From a virus (Duplodnaviria > Caudoviricetes), in the IMG/VR virus record IMGVR_UViG_2617271113_000004, positions 1 to 64,000 of that record: a DNA stretch of 64,000 nt, one strand, 5' to 3'. The notes under the pieces are model-generated. The model did not search any database. It saw nothing but the letters and a program-made list of their open reading frames with translations, and was not told the origin of the DNA. Position numbers and translations under genes: made by a program. Below, piece by piece: positions 19,088 through 27,868 of this stretch (its first letter is position 1; the number at the start of each line of letters is the position of its first letter).

Positions 19088-19128
19088 TATCTTGACAAAA
19101 TAAAAAGGCCCAAATACTAAATGTAGAG
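19083..19128. promoter_or_regulatory. tandem NrdR-box-like sites
   Basis: Minus strand CTCTACATTTAGTA (19115-19128) and GTCAAGATATTGAT (19083-19096), offset by 32 bp; one overlaps the -35. Confidence 0.55.
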
Positions 19129-19135
19129 GGCCTTT
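19104..19135 (-). terminator. terminator after the holin gene
   Basis: AAAGGCCC...GGGCCTTT stem followed by a T tract on minus. Confidence 0.6.
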
Positions 19136-19146
19136 AAAAGTTTAAA

Positions 19147-19425
19147 TTATTTTGTGCTGCCTTCACGCTTCTTCACTAGTTCAAACAAACCAGTTCCAGC
19201 AAGTCCAGCAAATCCACCTGCCCAAGCTCGGAGTGTTAGATCTAAATCCGTGAATGGGTAAGCAGCTAAACCAAGCACAATACCAAGGCCTAAGCTTATT
19301 AATGGAATGAAATTATTAGGCAGTTTAACTGTCTTTTTAATTGCTTCCATTACAGCTGCCAAAATTGGAGCTAAAACAGTAGCGAAGATTAAGACAGTGT
19401 TCATTACTTCTTGTTGTCCTTCCAT
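19147..19425 (-). CDS. holin
   Basis: Three hydrophobic segments, VLIFATVLAPI...WAGGFAGLAGTGLFE, basic tail; AAGGAGGTGA RBS. Confidence 0.8.
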   Translation of the reverse strand: MEGQQEVMNTVLIFATVLAPILAAVMEAIKKTVKLPNNFIPLISLGLGIVLGLAAYPFTDLDLTLRAWAGGFAGLAGTGLFELVKKREGSTK

Positions 19426-19430
19426 TTCTA

Positions 19431-19604
19431 TCACCTCCTTTCGAGTGAGGTATTGAGTGTGGTTAGAAGTTTAATAGGAATGTATAGCTTGCTGTGATCT
19501 TTTTCATAAATAGTTACATAACCATTTTCTATATCATCATGAGTCACCTTGCCTTTAAACTTTCTTGAATGAAGTTTATATTGAAACGAATCTCCAGCTT
19601 TCAC
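19431..19604 (-). CDS. small unannotated ORF (57 aa, MKAGDSFQYKLH...)
   Basis: Open frame filling the gap, GTG start, stop overlapping the holin RBS; translated by hand. Confidence 0.55.
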   Translation of the reverse strand: MKAGDSFQYKLHSRKFKGKVTHDDIENGYVTIYEKDHSKLYIPIKLLTTLNTSLERR

Positions 19605-19623
19605 TCCACATCCATCCTCTTAA

Positions 19624-20088
19624 TTAAACGTTTATTTGAATATTTTTAGATCGAACAATTACGTTAGCTATAGCAACTAGATGTTCCAAACTTCCTGCTT
19701 GAGGATGGAGTTGAGCGATTGGTGTATTTACTCCTTCATGTCTTTCTACAATCTTTAAAATAGCCTCATAAACGTTTGGAACAAGGTCGTTCTTAACATC
19801 ATTTAAGAGAGGTCTTACTAAAAATGGATGAATAGATCTATATTTCTCATCTTCGTTATAGGCGATATCTGATAGTAAGACGCCTGTTAGAATAATATCT
19901 TTCAGATTTCCATCAATTTTATTGTTTTCGAGTAACTCTTCTGCCACTACAAACACTTTCCGAGTGTAATTGATTAGATCTTCATCTTCTTTAAAGCTCG
20001 CAGGTGCTGCCACCATTGCATTCTCTGCAAATGTCTTAATATCTAGAGATTCCATTTTATTAATTTCAGTTTCAAATAATTTGTGCAT
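19624..20088 (-). CDS. HD-domain-like protein with degenerate metal site
   Basis: NYTRKV...GVLLSDI...HP...IVERHEG...VAIAN follows the HD-domain pattern with HD replaced by SD. Confidence 0.55.
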   Translation of the reverse strand: MHKLFETEINKMESLDIKTFAENAMVAAPASFKEDEDLINYTRKVFVVAEELLENNKIDGNLKDIILTGVLLSDIAYNEDEKYRSIHPFLVRPLLNDVKNDLVPNVYEAILKIVERHEGVNTPIAQLHPQAGSLEHLVAIANVIVRSKNIQINV

Positions 20089-20103
20089 TTTCTTATATCC
20101 CCT

Positions 20104-20307
20104 TTATTTAAAATCAACGATAAAATTACTTCCTAATTTTCTGTTATTAATACCAAACTTTTGTAAATCATCTTTATTGGATTCGCTTTGCTTTCTAGCA
20201 AATGACGCTAATGCATCAAATGTTTCTGCTAACTCTTCATATATCTTTGCTGGTTTTTCATCAATGTTTTTAGAAATGATAACTCTATTTACCTGGTCTT
20301 GTACCAT
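20104..20307 (-). CDS. hypothetical protein
   Basis: ORF in a tightly packed operon. Confidence 0.6.
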   Translation of the reverse strand: MVQDQVNRVIISKNIDEKPAKIYEELAETFDALASFARKQSESNKDDLQKFGINNRKLGSNFIVDFK

Positions 20308-20544
20308 TTATTTTCTCTCCCATAAATGTTTTTGGTGACAATCGGTGTGACAATGATATTTAATTTCCCAATTTAGATTTTTTTTCCAATCTTGAGGTGA
20401 ATTTATTCTTGGTTTTTTTACATCGTCACCGCAATACCTGCAATTAACAGGGGCATCAACATTACTTTGTACTTGTTGCATCATAATCTGTTCAAAGTTC
20501 ATCTTTTTTCTCCCTCTGCATCCTTTTCTCATTTTCAGCATCAA
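20308..20544 (-). CDS. small Cys/His-rich protein
   Basis: CRYC...HCHTDCH; probable start MNFEQ. Confidence 0.6.
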   Translation of the reverse strand: MMLKMRKGCRGRKKMNFEQIMMQQVQSNVDAPVNCRYCGDDVKKPRINSPQDWKKNLNWEIKYHCHTDCHQKHLWERK

Positions 20545-20848
20545 GATCCAACCTTGGTCGTGTTATCATCATTTCAAATACTCGATCATTATGAATATCT
20601 TTCTTATGACAAATCCCATCTGCCTCGTGTAATGTACAATTACGGCACTCCAAATAAGTAGGATTGTAATTTAAGCACTTATAATCTATTGGACATTCCC
20701 TAAAACTAGGACAATTTGTTTGGTGCCTAGGACGATTTAACATATCTTCTTTACCAAGTACATCTTTGTTATTTACTTTTGCATCAACTCTAGTAACACG
20801 ATTTTTTAAATATTGCTCCCGTAAGATCCTGCGTTCTGTTTCATTCAT
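20492..20848 (-). CDS. Cys-rich hypothetical protein
   Basis: CP....CP....C........C..C.......C pattern. Confidence 0.7.
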   Translation of the reverse strand: MNETERRILREQYLKNRVTRVDAKVNNKDVLGKEDMLNRPRHQTNCPSFRECPIDYKCLNYNPTYLECRNCTLHEADGICHKKDIHNDRVFEMMITRPRLDLDAENEKRMQREKKDEL

Positions 20849-20851
20849 AAC

Positions 20852-21229
20852 CTACTTCTCCTTAACACCAAGTAATAAGCAATCGTTTAATGTTAATGTA
20901 ATTTTCTCTTTACTTTTATCAATTTTGCCTCCTGAGTTTTCTTCAATCACTGCCAACTCTTCTAGCTTAGCATTTATAAAAGCATTCGAGTTTCTTCGTT
21001 CTTCTAGTAGATTCTCTTTCTCATCGTAGCTTGCTTTCGTTTTAACAAAGTCTGGATTAATTATTTTCTCACCTTCTTCATCAGTGATGTATTTTCTAGT
21101 TGCTTGGTATTCATCACTAAGCACAATAAGTTCTTTTGTTAAATCATTAATATCCTTGTTATTTGCTACCTTTTGAGCTTCCATATGATTTTCTAATTTT
21201 TCCAACGTTAAAGTCGGTCCTACTAACAT
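20852..21229 (-). CDS. coiled-coil hypothetical protein
   Basis: ORF with AAGGAAG RBS. Confidence 0.7.
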   Translation of the reverse strand: MLVGPTLTLEKLENHMEAQKVANNKDINDLTKELIVLSDEYQATRKYITDEEGEKIINPDFVKTKASYDEKENLLEERRNSNAFINAKLEELAVIEENSGGKIDKSKEKITLTLNDCLLLGVKEK

Positions 21230-21254
21230 TCACAACACTTCCTTAATATATATT

Positions 21255-21268
21255 TGTAATGCCTATCA
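21255..21268. promoter_or_regulatory. operator variant
   Basis: TGTAATGCCTATCA at the gene junction upstream of 20852..21229. Confidence 0.55.
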
Positions 21269-22285
21269 TTTGGTGTAGAAAACGGTTAAATTGTCTAGTT
21301 TATTTGAAATAAAATAATTAGGATTCGTTTCATCTTTTTCTTCAATAGCTTGCCTTGATACTCCTCCAGCTACCTCTATTTCAGACACGGTAACATTTGA
21401 ATTATACATACCAATAAGCTTTTTACCAGCGTATCGAATACTAATACTATCCCTTCCATCTGCCTCCAGAACCAGTTTAGAATCTGTCTTAAAGCCATTA
21501 TCAAAGAAGTCACTTGGTTGTTTCTCATCATCATAATTAGCTTCTATTACATCTTGTTCCTGATGTCCAGATCGCAAAAAGGATAATTTGTCTTGATATA
21601 AATTAACTCTTCCTACATTCTGTACATTTAAGGATAAAAAAGGGCTTCCTTCATACTTTAAATTAAATGTTTCGGGAGCAAGATTCATTTCAATAACAAA
21701 AGGCGTTTCATATGGTATGTCTTCATAAGTTTTTTGGGAGAACTCTTTAATGTTCATGTACTGCATTTCTTTATTGTAAGTAGCTGTTACAGAATTAAAA
21801 CCATTTGGATATCCTATTGATGAAAAGTTAGCATTTACCATTGTTTGTTTAATAACTGGAGCTGATTGATTATTATCAATAGCTGATAAGTTACTCGCCC
21901 GTACTTCGCTATTATATAAATCGCTATCATGTAAGATTTCTAATCCAATAGGATTATTTAATGCAGTATTGGAAATCAAACCGATAATCGTATTTTGAGA
22001 GGTATTTTTATTATTTCTTATTTCGAAAAGCCATTTATTTTCATCTGCAAAACGTTTTCTTAAAAAATCAATATCATGGTTATTTCCAGTTTCATTGTTG
22101 TTTGGAAAGTTAAAGAAACGATTCTGTGTTTCCTTTTTTACTATTTCACCATCAATTACTTCTTCAATAAAAGCATTAAAACCAGTTTCTACTGTGCCAT
22201 TTGTGTTAACGTTTATAGATATTACTAGAAATCCACAATTAAGCCGATGCGTTTTTTCATTATCATAATAATATGAGAAGATCAA
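21266..22285 (-). CDS. hypothetical protein
   Basis: 339-aa ORF, AGGAGG RBS. Confidence 0.75.
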   Translation of the reverse strand: MIFSYYYDNEKTHRLNCGFLVISINVNTNGTVETGFNAFIEEVIDGEIVKKETQNRFFNFPNNNETGNNHDIDFLRKRFADENKWLFEIRNNKNTSQNTIIGLISNTALNNPIGLEILHDSDLYNSEVRASNLSAIDNNQSAPVIKQTMVNANFSSIGYPNGFNSVTATYNKEMQYMNIKEFSQKTYEDIPYETPFVIEMNLAPETFNLKYEGSPFLSLNVQNVGRVNLYQDKLSFLRSGHQEQDVIEANYDDEKQPSDFFDNGFKTDSKLVLEADGRDSISIRYAGKKLIGMYNSNVTVSEIEVAGGVSRQAIEEKDETNPNYFISNKLDNLTVFYTK

Positions 22286-22297
22286 TCATATACCTCC

Positions 22298-22783
22298 TTA
22301 TCCTTCCCTTACTACAGGTAAAATTCGAACTTGAGAAGCATCTGTCCATTTTCTTAATGTAGTAGCGATTGGTATTTCTGCGTACCCTTCGTCTTTAAAA
22401 GTAATAACCTTTGTATCCTTGTTAAAACTTGTACCTTCATCACATGTAATAATGTGAGTTATAAAACCAGAACTTTCAATTTCTAAATTAGAAAGTTCAA
22501 TAAGGTGATAGTAAATATCATTGTAGATCATATCTAAGATTTCCTCTTTTTGATCAATGATATTTTCAATCAAAACCTGATGTTCTTTATCTGCTTCTAG
22601 TTGTTTCTGAAACGCATTAACGCTTTCTTCGTCTATACGATTAATAAAATCGCTTTGATCAATAATTCTCTCTTTTATGTTATTCAACATTTCAATGTAT
22701 TCGCTTTTTGAAGCATCTAGTCTAAATTTTTGTTGCATCATATCTTCAATAAATTGAGTTAGATGGCTCTTCTCCCCCGCCAT
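22298..22783 (-). CDS. hypothetical protein
   Basis: ORF with GGGGG RBS. Confidence 0.75.
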   Translation of the reverse strand: MAGEKSHLTQFIEDMMQQKFRLDASKSEYIEMLNNIKERIIDQSDFINRIDEESVNAFQKQLEADKEHQVLIENIIDQKEEILDMIYNDIYYHLIELSNLEIESSGFITHIITCDEGTSFNKDTKVITFKDEGYAEIPIATTLRKWTDASQVRILPVVREG

Positions 22784-22795
22784 AGGACATCCCCC

Positions 22796-23116
22796 TTATA
22801 CAGTGTGAATGTATCTTTCTACTATCTCTGCACTTATTCTACGTTTCTTTAATACCTTCTCATCAGTTGGCATATATAAGTGATAATCATTCTGTATCTT
22901 TTGTCGAGCACGTCGTATTACTTCCGGACTTGTAGCATGCATAATATCATCTACAGTTTTTGCCTTATCAACTAGCTTCCAATAAAGAGAGCATAAGATA
23001 TTATCATTATTTCTTGAATCAGGAAAATGCTCTAAGATAAAGGCTACTTTTTCTTTTTTGTGTTTCAATTCTTGAATTAAATCAGCGTAAAAATCATTGG
23101 AAATCATGTTAATCAT
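22796..23116 (-). CDS. hypothetical phage protein
   Basis: ORF with L...P..R..D..L...YW and PE.IRRARQKIQ segments. Confidence 0.7.
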   Translation of the reverse strand: MINMISNDFYADLIQELKHKKEKVAFILEHFPDSRNNDNILCSLYWKLVDKAKTVDDIMHATSPEVIRRARQKIQNDYHLYMPTDEKVLKKRRISAEIVERYIHTV

Positions 23117-23128
23117 TATCTATTCCCC

Positions 23129-24226
23129 CTAGTTTTGATAAACTAAAGAAGCATATCTGTTCGTCGCCTCTTTGTCAGTTTCCATAAAATAAGATTGAGA
23201 TGGCACAAAATGATAAAAAAGTGTTCGTTTAAAGTCGCTATATTTATTTTTACTAAACCTCATCTCAAGAACTGGCATTTTTAATTCTTCATCTTCACTT
23301 TCCCAATAAATGTCAGCTGCTTGTTCTTTAATACCGACTTCGTTATATAAAAGACATAAAAGATTTGCTTCGTATTCGATTACATTGTTCTCTTTTAAAT
23401 CATCATTAATTGGTCTTTTAGTTCCAGTCTTTCTCAAATGAGCAGTGCACATAAAGGTAATATCATATGTCTGAGCATACTGTTTGATTGTTTTTGCGAT
23501 ATGGCCAATTTCCTTTTGATGGTTAGAACCAAAATTTTCAGTAGTGCGTAGATCATAAAAGCTATCTATTCCTATTACTATTTTAGTGTTTTCAGGGAGC
23601 TCCATTTTCAAGTCTTTAATGTGATTTTCTAGATCTTCAATCGTTTCAGGAATTTCTTCTGAATCCATTAAGTTGAAACGCCTTGCATTTCTATATAGGT
23701 TTTTTAGACCTTCATTTCTTCTTTCCATAGCATCTGTATTATCCTGATAACGTTCTGGTGATTTAGCTTGTCCGATAGTTATTCTTTGGTCACAAGCAAT
23801 CCACCGTGGCATGAGTTCATATACACTATCATCTTTAGAATGATATTCACAATAAACATTTTCATTACGTTCTGATATATTTTTCATTAGCTGAAGCATA
23901 AATGCTGATTTACCTACGTTAGGATTAGCACCGAACAATATGAAACCACTTTGTATTCCTCCATCAATTGCCTCATTAAATTCAGTAAATCCAGTGTCTA
24001 ATCCGCCATTTTTCCCTCTACTCCAGGAATAATCATCTACCCTTTTAATCCGATTTAACATTGCCGTCTCACGAGCTGATGGAGTGTAATGTAACAAAGC
24101 TTCTGGATTTGTTAAATGTATTCTATGTTGATTAGTTGTATCGACCGCAAATGCATTTGATTCATCAGCAATATTGTTTTCCATTTGCTGCATCATTTGC
24201 TGAAAGTTACTCGGTTGATTCATCAT
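23129..24226 (-). CDS. DnaB-like replicative helicase
   Basis: GLDTGF..FN, Walker A GANPNVGKS, Walker B IGIDS, DLKE...IEYEA, KNK; start MMNQ after AGGAGG. Confidence 0.88.
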   Translation of the reverse strand: MMNQPSNFQQMMQQMENNIADESNAFAVDTTNQHRIHLTNPEALLHYTPSARETAMLNRIKRVDDYSWSRGKNGGLDTGFTEFNEAIDGGIQSGFILFGANPNVGKSAFMLQLMKNISERNENVYCEYHSKDDSVYELMPRWIACDQRITIGQAKSPERYQDNTDAMERRNEGLKNLYRNARRFNLMDSEEIPETIEDLENHIKDLKMELPENTKIVIGIDSFYDLRTTENFGSNHQKEIGHIAKTIKQYAQTYDITFMCTAHLRKTGTKRPINDDLKENNVIEYEANLLCLLYNEVGIKEQAADIYWESEDEELKMPVLEMRFSKNKYSDFKRTLFYHFVPSQSYFMETDKEATNRYASLVYQN

Positions 24227-25331
24227 CTTCGCCCTCCTGATTAGCAACATTATATTCCTTATTAAATAGAGGACATATTTCTTTTTCGCAAACACCGCTT
24301 AGCTTTTTAAACGTCTCACAACCATATCTGTATTGACTGTTATAAACGGAGTTTACCGTTGTTTCAATTTCATTTTTACGTAATGGTGGCTGGCAGTTTT
24401 CTTGTCCCCACAAAATCATACGATGCATTGCTTCTTCTCTTTGCATGCCCTGTTGAAAATAAAAACTAGTTAATGCTGCCGCACTATTATTACGCTCATC
24501 TATCGTTTCTTTAAATAGCTTTTCTCTCATTCGTTTTATGCAAGGTGGCTCAACCTTTAGCTTTCGAATTTTACCTTCATAGGTTTTAATGCTATTAACT
24601 CGCTCTGTCCAGATCTCAATATACTTCTCAAATGCCTTTTTTGCTTTTGAAGAGAAGATGACATCAGGCTTTTTTAATTCTCTAGGTTGTCTGGCTAACT
24701 CAACAATATCTGCAAAGTTGCAGTTCTTGAATTCATCATAAGTAATAGGTATTTTATATAAGCCACTTTTCTTATTAATGCTGTTTACCATCCGAAACAT
24801 TCGTTTATCATCATAAACTCTAGTATCAATGGTTTCGTGCTTACAGTATCTTTCAACATCATTAGCAATTTCTTTGTATATCTGATTAAGCGCTTGATGT
24901 GGTTCTAACCCCATCACACCTGCATCAACAGTTAAGTGTATTCCTTTGTTCCCTGAAAAGAAAAACTGAATTTGAGAAATATCAATGGATAAAATAATGG
25001 TTAGATAACGCACTGCTTTAGCTACATCTTCTTTTATCTTTAAGTAATCTTCTTCACTAGCAATTACATAATCAAAGTCCAAGTAAAAGTCACCAAATTT
25101 CAATGAATCAGAAGCGTTAATTATCATTCTGTTTTTATCATCTGTAATCCATATCGGGTTAATGTAATGCATTACAGTTTGATATACACCAAAGTTATTA
25201 TAGTGCTTTCTAAACAATTCAGCTTGATTTGGCCACATAAATTGTTTTCTTCTAAATTTATATTTATCGTGATTTAAATCGGCTCCACATTCAACAAATA
25301 CATTCTCATTTTCAGTATTGCTCATAACCAT
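24207..25331 (-). CDS. archaeo-eukaryotic primase (prim-pol) with PriCT domain
   Basis: FYLDFD, FSGNKGIH, D.RVYD..R.FR..NS, PPCI, ERNN, PPL...E...TV.S. Confidence 0.88.
   Translation of the reverse strand: MVMSNTENENVFVECGADLNHDKYKFRRKQFMWPNQAELFRKHYNNFGVYQTVMHYINPIWITDDKNRMIINASDSLKFGDFYLDFDYVIASEEDYLKIKEDVAKAVRYLTIILSIDISQIQFFFSGNKGIHLTVDAGVMGLEPHQALNQIYKEIANDVERYCKHETIDTRVYDDKRMFRMVNSINKKSGLYKIPITYDEFKNCNFADIVELARQPRELKKPDVIFSSKAKKAFEKYIEIWTERVNSIKTYEGKIRKLKVEPPCIKRMREKLFKETIDERNNSAAALTSFYFQQGMQREEAMHRMILWGQENCQPPLRKNEIETTVNSVYNSQYRYGCETFKKLSGVCEKEICPLFNKEYNVANQEGEDDESTE
25163..25176. promoter_or_regulatory. intragenic perfect copy of the 14-bp palindrome
   Basis: TGTAATGCATTACA near the 5' end of the primase gene. 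Confidence 0.45.
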
Positions 25332-26001
25332 TAGCGACCTTTCTTGGTATTACATGATTAATTCCTTGCATTTGATGAATATTACGCTTTGCTTTTATTG
25401 CATCTCTTGCGTCGTCAATGTATTTTTCGATATGAAAAGCGTTAGTCAATGCCCGTAATTTCATTTCTTGTCTTTTTTCTTGTGCAATATCAATCATAAA
25501 TAATATTTCATCTATATCATAAAATCCTAATAAGTGCTTAAACCTTCCCTTGTCCTGCTTCATTGTATTTTCGTTATAATTTTGTTTATTAGATTCATAC
25601 CAGTAAGCTAATAGGTCTTCTAATGTAAAGAGCTTTTTCATTTCAAGAAAGAAAGCTTCTGTGTGACATTCATACTCTCTAGTTTCTTTGTTAAATCTCA
25701 ACCGGCTAGGAGGGGCGGTTTCCCGTAGCCGGTTATGATAATAGAACACATCAGGCTCTATAAGGTTGTGAGGAGGTACTTTCTCATTCATGATTTCCTC
25801 TATATGATAAATATTATTTAGAACTGATGGATATGACCGTTTAAATGCATCTAGTTCTAATTTGATAAGATCTACAGTCCACCCTTTCACTAATAGCTTT
25901 TCTATAGCTGTACAAGCTGATTCTATGCGTTTTCCATGTTGAAGTGTTTTATTTGTTATGTTTACTACAAAATAACATGCCAGATCTTGTACATTATCCA
26001 T
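25312..26001 (-). CDS. hypothetical protein of the replication module
   Basis: ORF between annealase and primase; GGGGA RBS. Confidence 0.75.
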   Translation of the reverse strand: MDNVQDLACYFVVNITNKTLQHGKRIESACTAIEKLLVKGWTVDLIKLELDAFKRSYPSVLNNIYHIEEIMNEKVPPHNLIEPDVFYYHNRLRETAPPSRLRFNKETREYECHTEAFFLEMKKLFTLEDLLAYWYESNKQNYNENTMKQDKGRFKHLLGFYDIDEILFMIDIAQEKRQEMKLRALTNAFHIEKYIDDARDAIKAKRNIHQMQGINHVIPRKVANGYEQY

Positions 26002-26012
26002 ATTTATCCCCC

Positions 26013-27203
26013 TTACGCCGATACATTGTTAAGATACTTATTAAATTCCTTTATATTTTCGGGTGTTAAATAATCGAAATTAGCTTTTTCATCTTTAAAA
26101 TAATCACGTAAATAAGCTATCATTTCATCATCATTTTTAACGTTCAGACGAACTTTATGTTCCGCAAAGTTTTGTAATTCTTTCATTGCGAGTTCAGTTT
26201 GCCACTGTTCTGTTCCTGCTTTTGATTGTTGTGTGGTAGTCTCGTTTGCTTTTGAATCATCTGCAGGTGCTCCATATTCTATCTTTGCTGCTTCATTTTG
26301 ATTCGCAGTAGCTTGAGGTTGCTTTTCTGCTTCATAAGCGTTAGGAGTTGCTTGTTGAGTATTTTGTTCTGGAACATTATCGAAAGGTGTTTCTACTGTT
26401 TGATTATTGTACATCATACGATCTACTTCTAAAATGTCCTGCTGAACAGTATTTTGCTGGTCAACAACAGCCGGCCCCTGATTCACCGAAGAATTATTAT
26501 TTACTATAGGTTGCTGACCTTGATTAAAATTTCCATTATTTTGATATGGTTGTTGATTCTGCATCTGTTGATTTGGGAATGGTTGCTGTTGTTGTTGATA
26601 CATTCCTTGTTGCTGGTTAAATTGCTGTTGATTACCCCATTGTTGTTGAGGATTATTATTAAAATTTTGTTGTTGTCCATTTCCCCATTGCTGCTGATTC
26701 ATATCGTATACGTTATTAGACTGAGGTTGGTCTGTCTGATTTTCTTCTTGTACCTTGATTTTAGAATAAATTTCTTCTCCTACTCCAAATAATGAAGCAC
26801 ATTTAGTAAAACAGTTTGATGTAGCTGCTTTATAAGCAGAATCTTGATTATCTTTTCCTCCAACCCCAACTTTAGATCCGAATTGCTCTCTTCTACCTAC
26901 TCCAGGTATATACATGTAGCCTCGAACATGATAAACAAATCCATCAAAATACCATTGGTTTGTATTCTTATTAAACGAATGTACTTCTTCTTTCCAGCGG
27001 TCTAAAATCCCAAAATCCCAATATGTAATTCCTTTAACTGCATTATCAAGGATTTGACGCATTGTATTATGACCCATATATGGTTTTCCTCCACCTTTAC
27101 CAGGCTTTGTTTCTAACCATTCTTCTTTATATTGTTTAAGTTTATTTTTTACTAGATCAATTTCATCAAAGCTTTTTGGTACGAAATTATTTAGTTCTTC
27201 CAT
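26013..27203 (-). CDS. Rad52/Sak-like single-strand annealing protein with Q/N-rich linker
   Basis: G...Y..H......L.....WDF...REQFG...AYKAA.SN.F.KCA..FGVG..IY. Confidence 0.78.
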   Translation of the reverse strand: MEELNNFVPKSFDEIDLVKNKLKQYKEEWLETKPGKGGGKPYMGHNTMRQILDNAVKGITYWDFGILDRWKEEVHSFNKNTNQWYFDGFVYHVRGYMYIPGVGRREQFGSKVGVGGKDNQDSAYKAATSNCFTKCASLFGVGEEIYSKIKVQEENQTDQPQSNNVYDMNQQQWGNGQQQNFNNNPQQQWGNQQQFNQQQGMYQQQQQPFPNQQMQNQQPYQNNGNFNQGQQPIVNNNSSVNQGPAVVDQQNTVQQDILEVDRMMYNNQTVETPFDNVPEQNTQQATPNAYEAEKQPQATANQNEAAKIEYGAPADDSKANETTTQQSKAGTEQWQTELAMKELQNFAEHKVRLNVKNDDEMIAYLRDYFKDEKANFDYLTPENIKEFNKYLNNVSA

Positions 27204-27242
27204 ACATCATCTCTCCTGTTTTTTAGTTTGAAAAACATAATT

Positions 27243-27288
27243 TGTAATGCATTACATTTATATTACCAAATAGATGATGTTATGGCAA
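27243..27288 (-). promoter_or_regulatory. sigmaA promoter of the replication operon with a perfect operator at the start site
   Basis: TTGCCA-17 bp-TAATAT (extended TG), then TGTAATGCATTACA at 27243-27256. Confidence 0.75.
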
Positions 27289-27331
27289 CTACATTCTATA
27301 ATTTTTTTAATTTTCTTTTATTATTGCTTGT

Positions 27332-27850
27332 TTACTGCTCTTTTTTAGCTTTTTCTGGTTCTTCCCCAACATCAATTACTGATTTTCTATTATTAGCTCG
27401 GATAGTCTTTGCTTTAATTTCAGAAGCCACAAAGTCAATTACCCAATTTGGTATCCATCTATCCCACTTCGCTCTTACTGAGTTTGCAGTAAAACTCTGG
27501 AGCACATGATACATCAGACCAAAGCTCACTCCGTAGAATAAAAATCCAGGAGTGTTAAACATAGTATCCAAAAAGTTTGATGCAGCTGGAATTAACAATA
27601 TGACTATAGTACGAAAAATTCCTTCGATGCCATATTCTGAAGTATAAGTTCCATCCTTTATAGATGCAACGATACCTGCAATCCAATCCATTAATATTAT
27701 AATACATAATCCAGCTATCACATGACCTCTCCCGTCTCCATAGAAGTAATTAATAAATGGACTTAGCATAAGACCTAGAGAAGCAAATAATCCTGTTTCT
27801 GGTTGAATAGTGGGTATTGTAAATATACGATCAAATGAAAAACGAAGCAC
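27332..27850 (-). CDS. phage holin family protein (holin_4 type)
   Basis: Hydrophobic segments, DWIAGI.AS.....YTS..G..G..R, S..AN, IP........SEI.AK. Confidence 0.75.
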   Translation of the reverse strand: MLRFSFDRIFTIPTIQPETGLFASLGLMLSPFINYFYGDGRGHVIAGLCIIILMDWIAGIVASIKDGTYTSEYGIEGIFRTIVILLIPAASNFLDTMFNTPGFLFYGVSFGLMYHVLQSFTANSVRAKWDRWIPNWVIDFVASEIKAKTIRANNRKSVIDVGEEPEKAKKEQ

Positions 27851-27868
27851 TTAAATAACCTCCTTATA

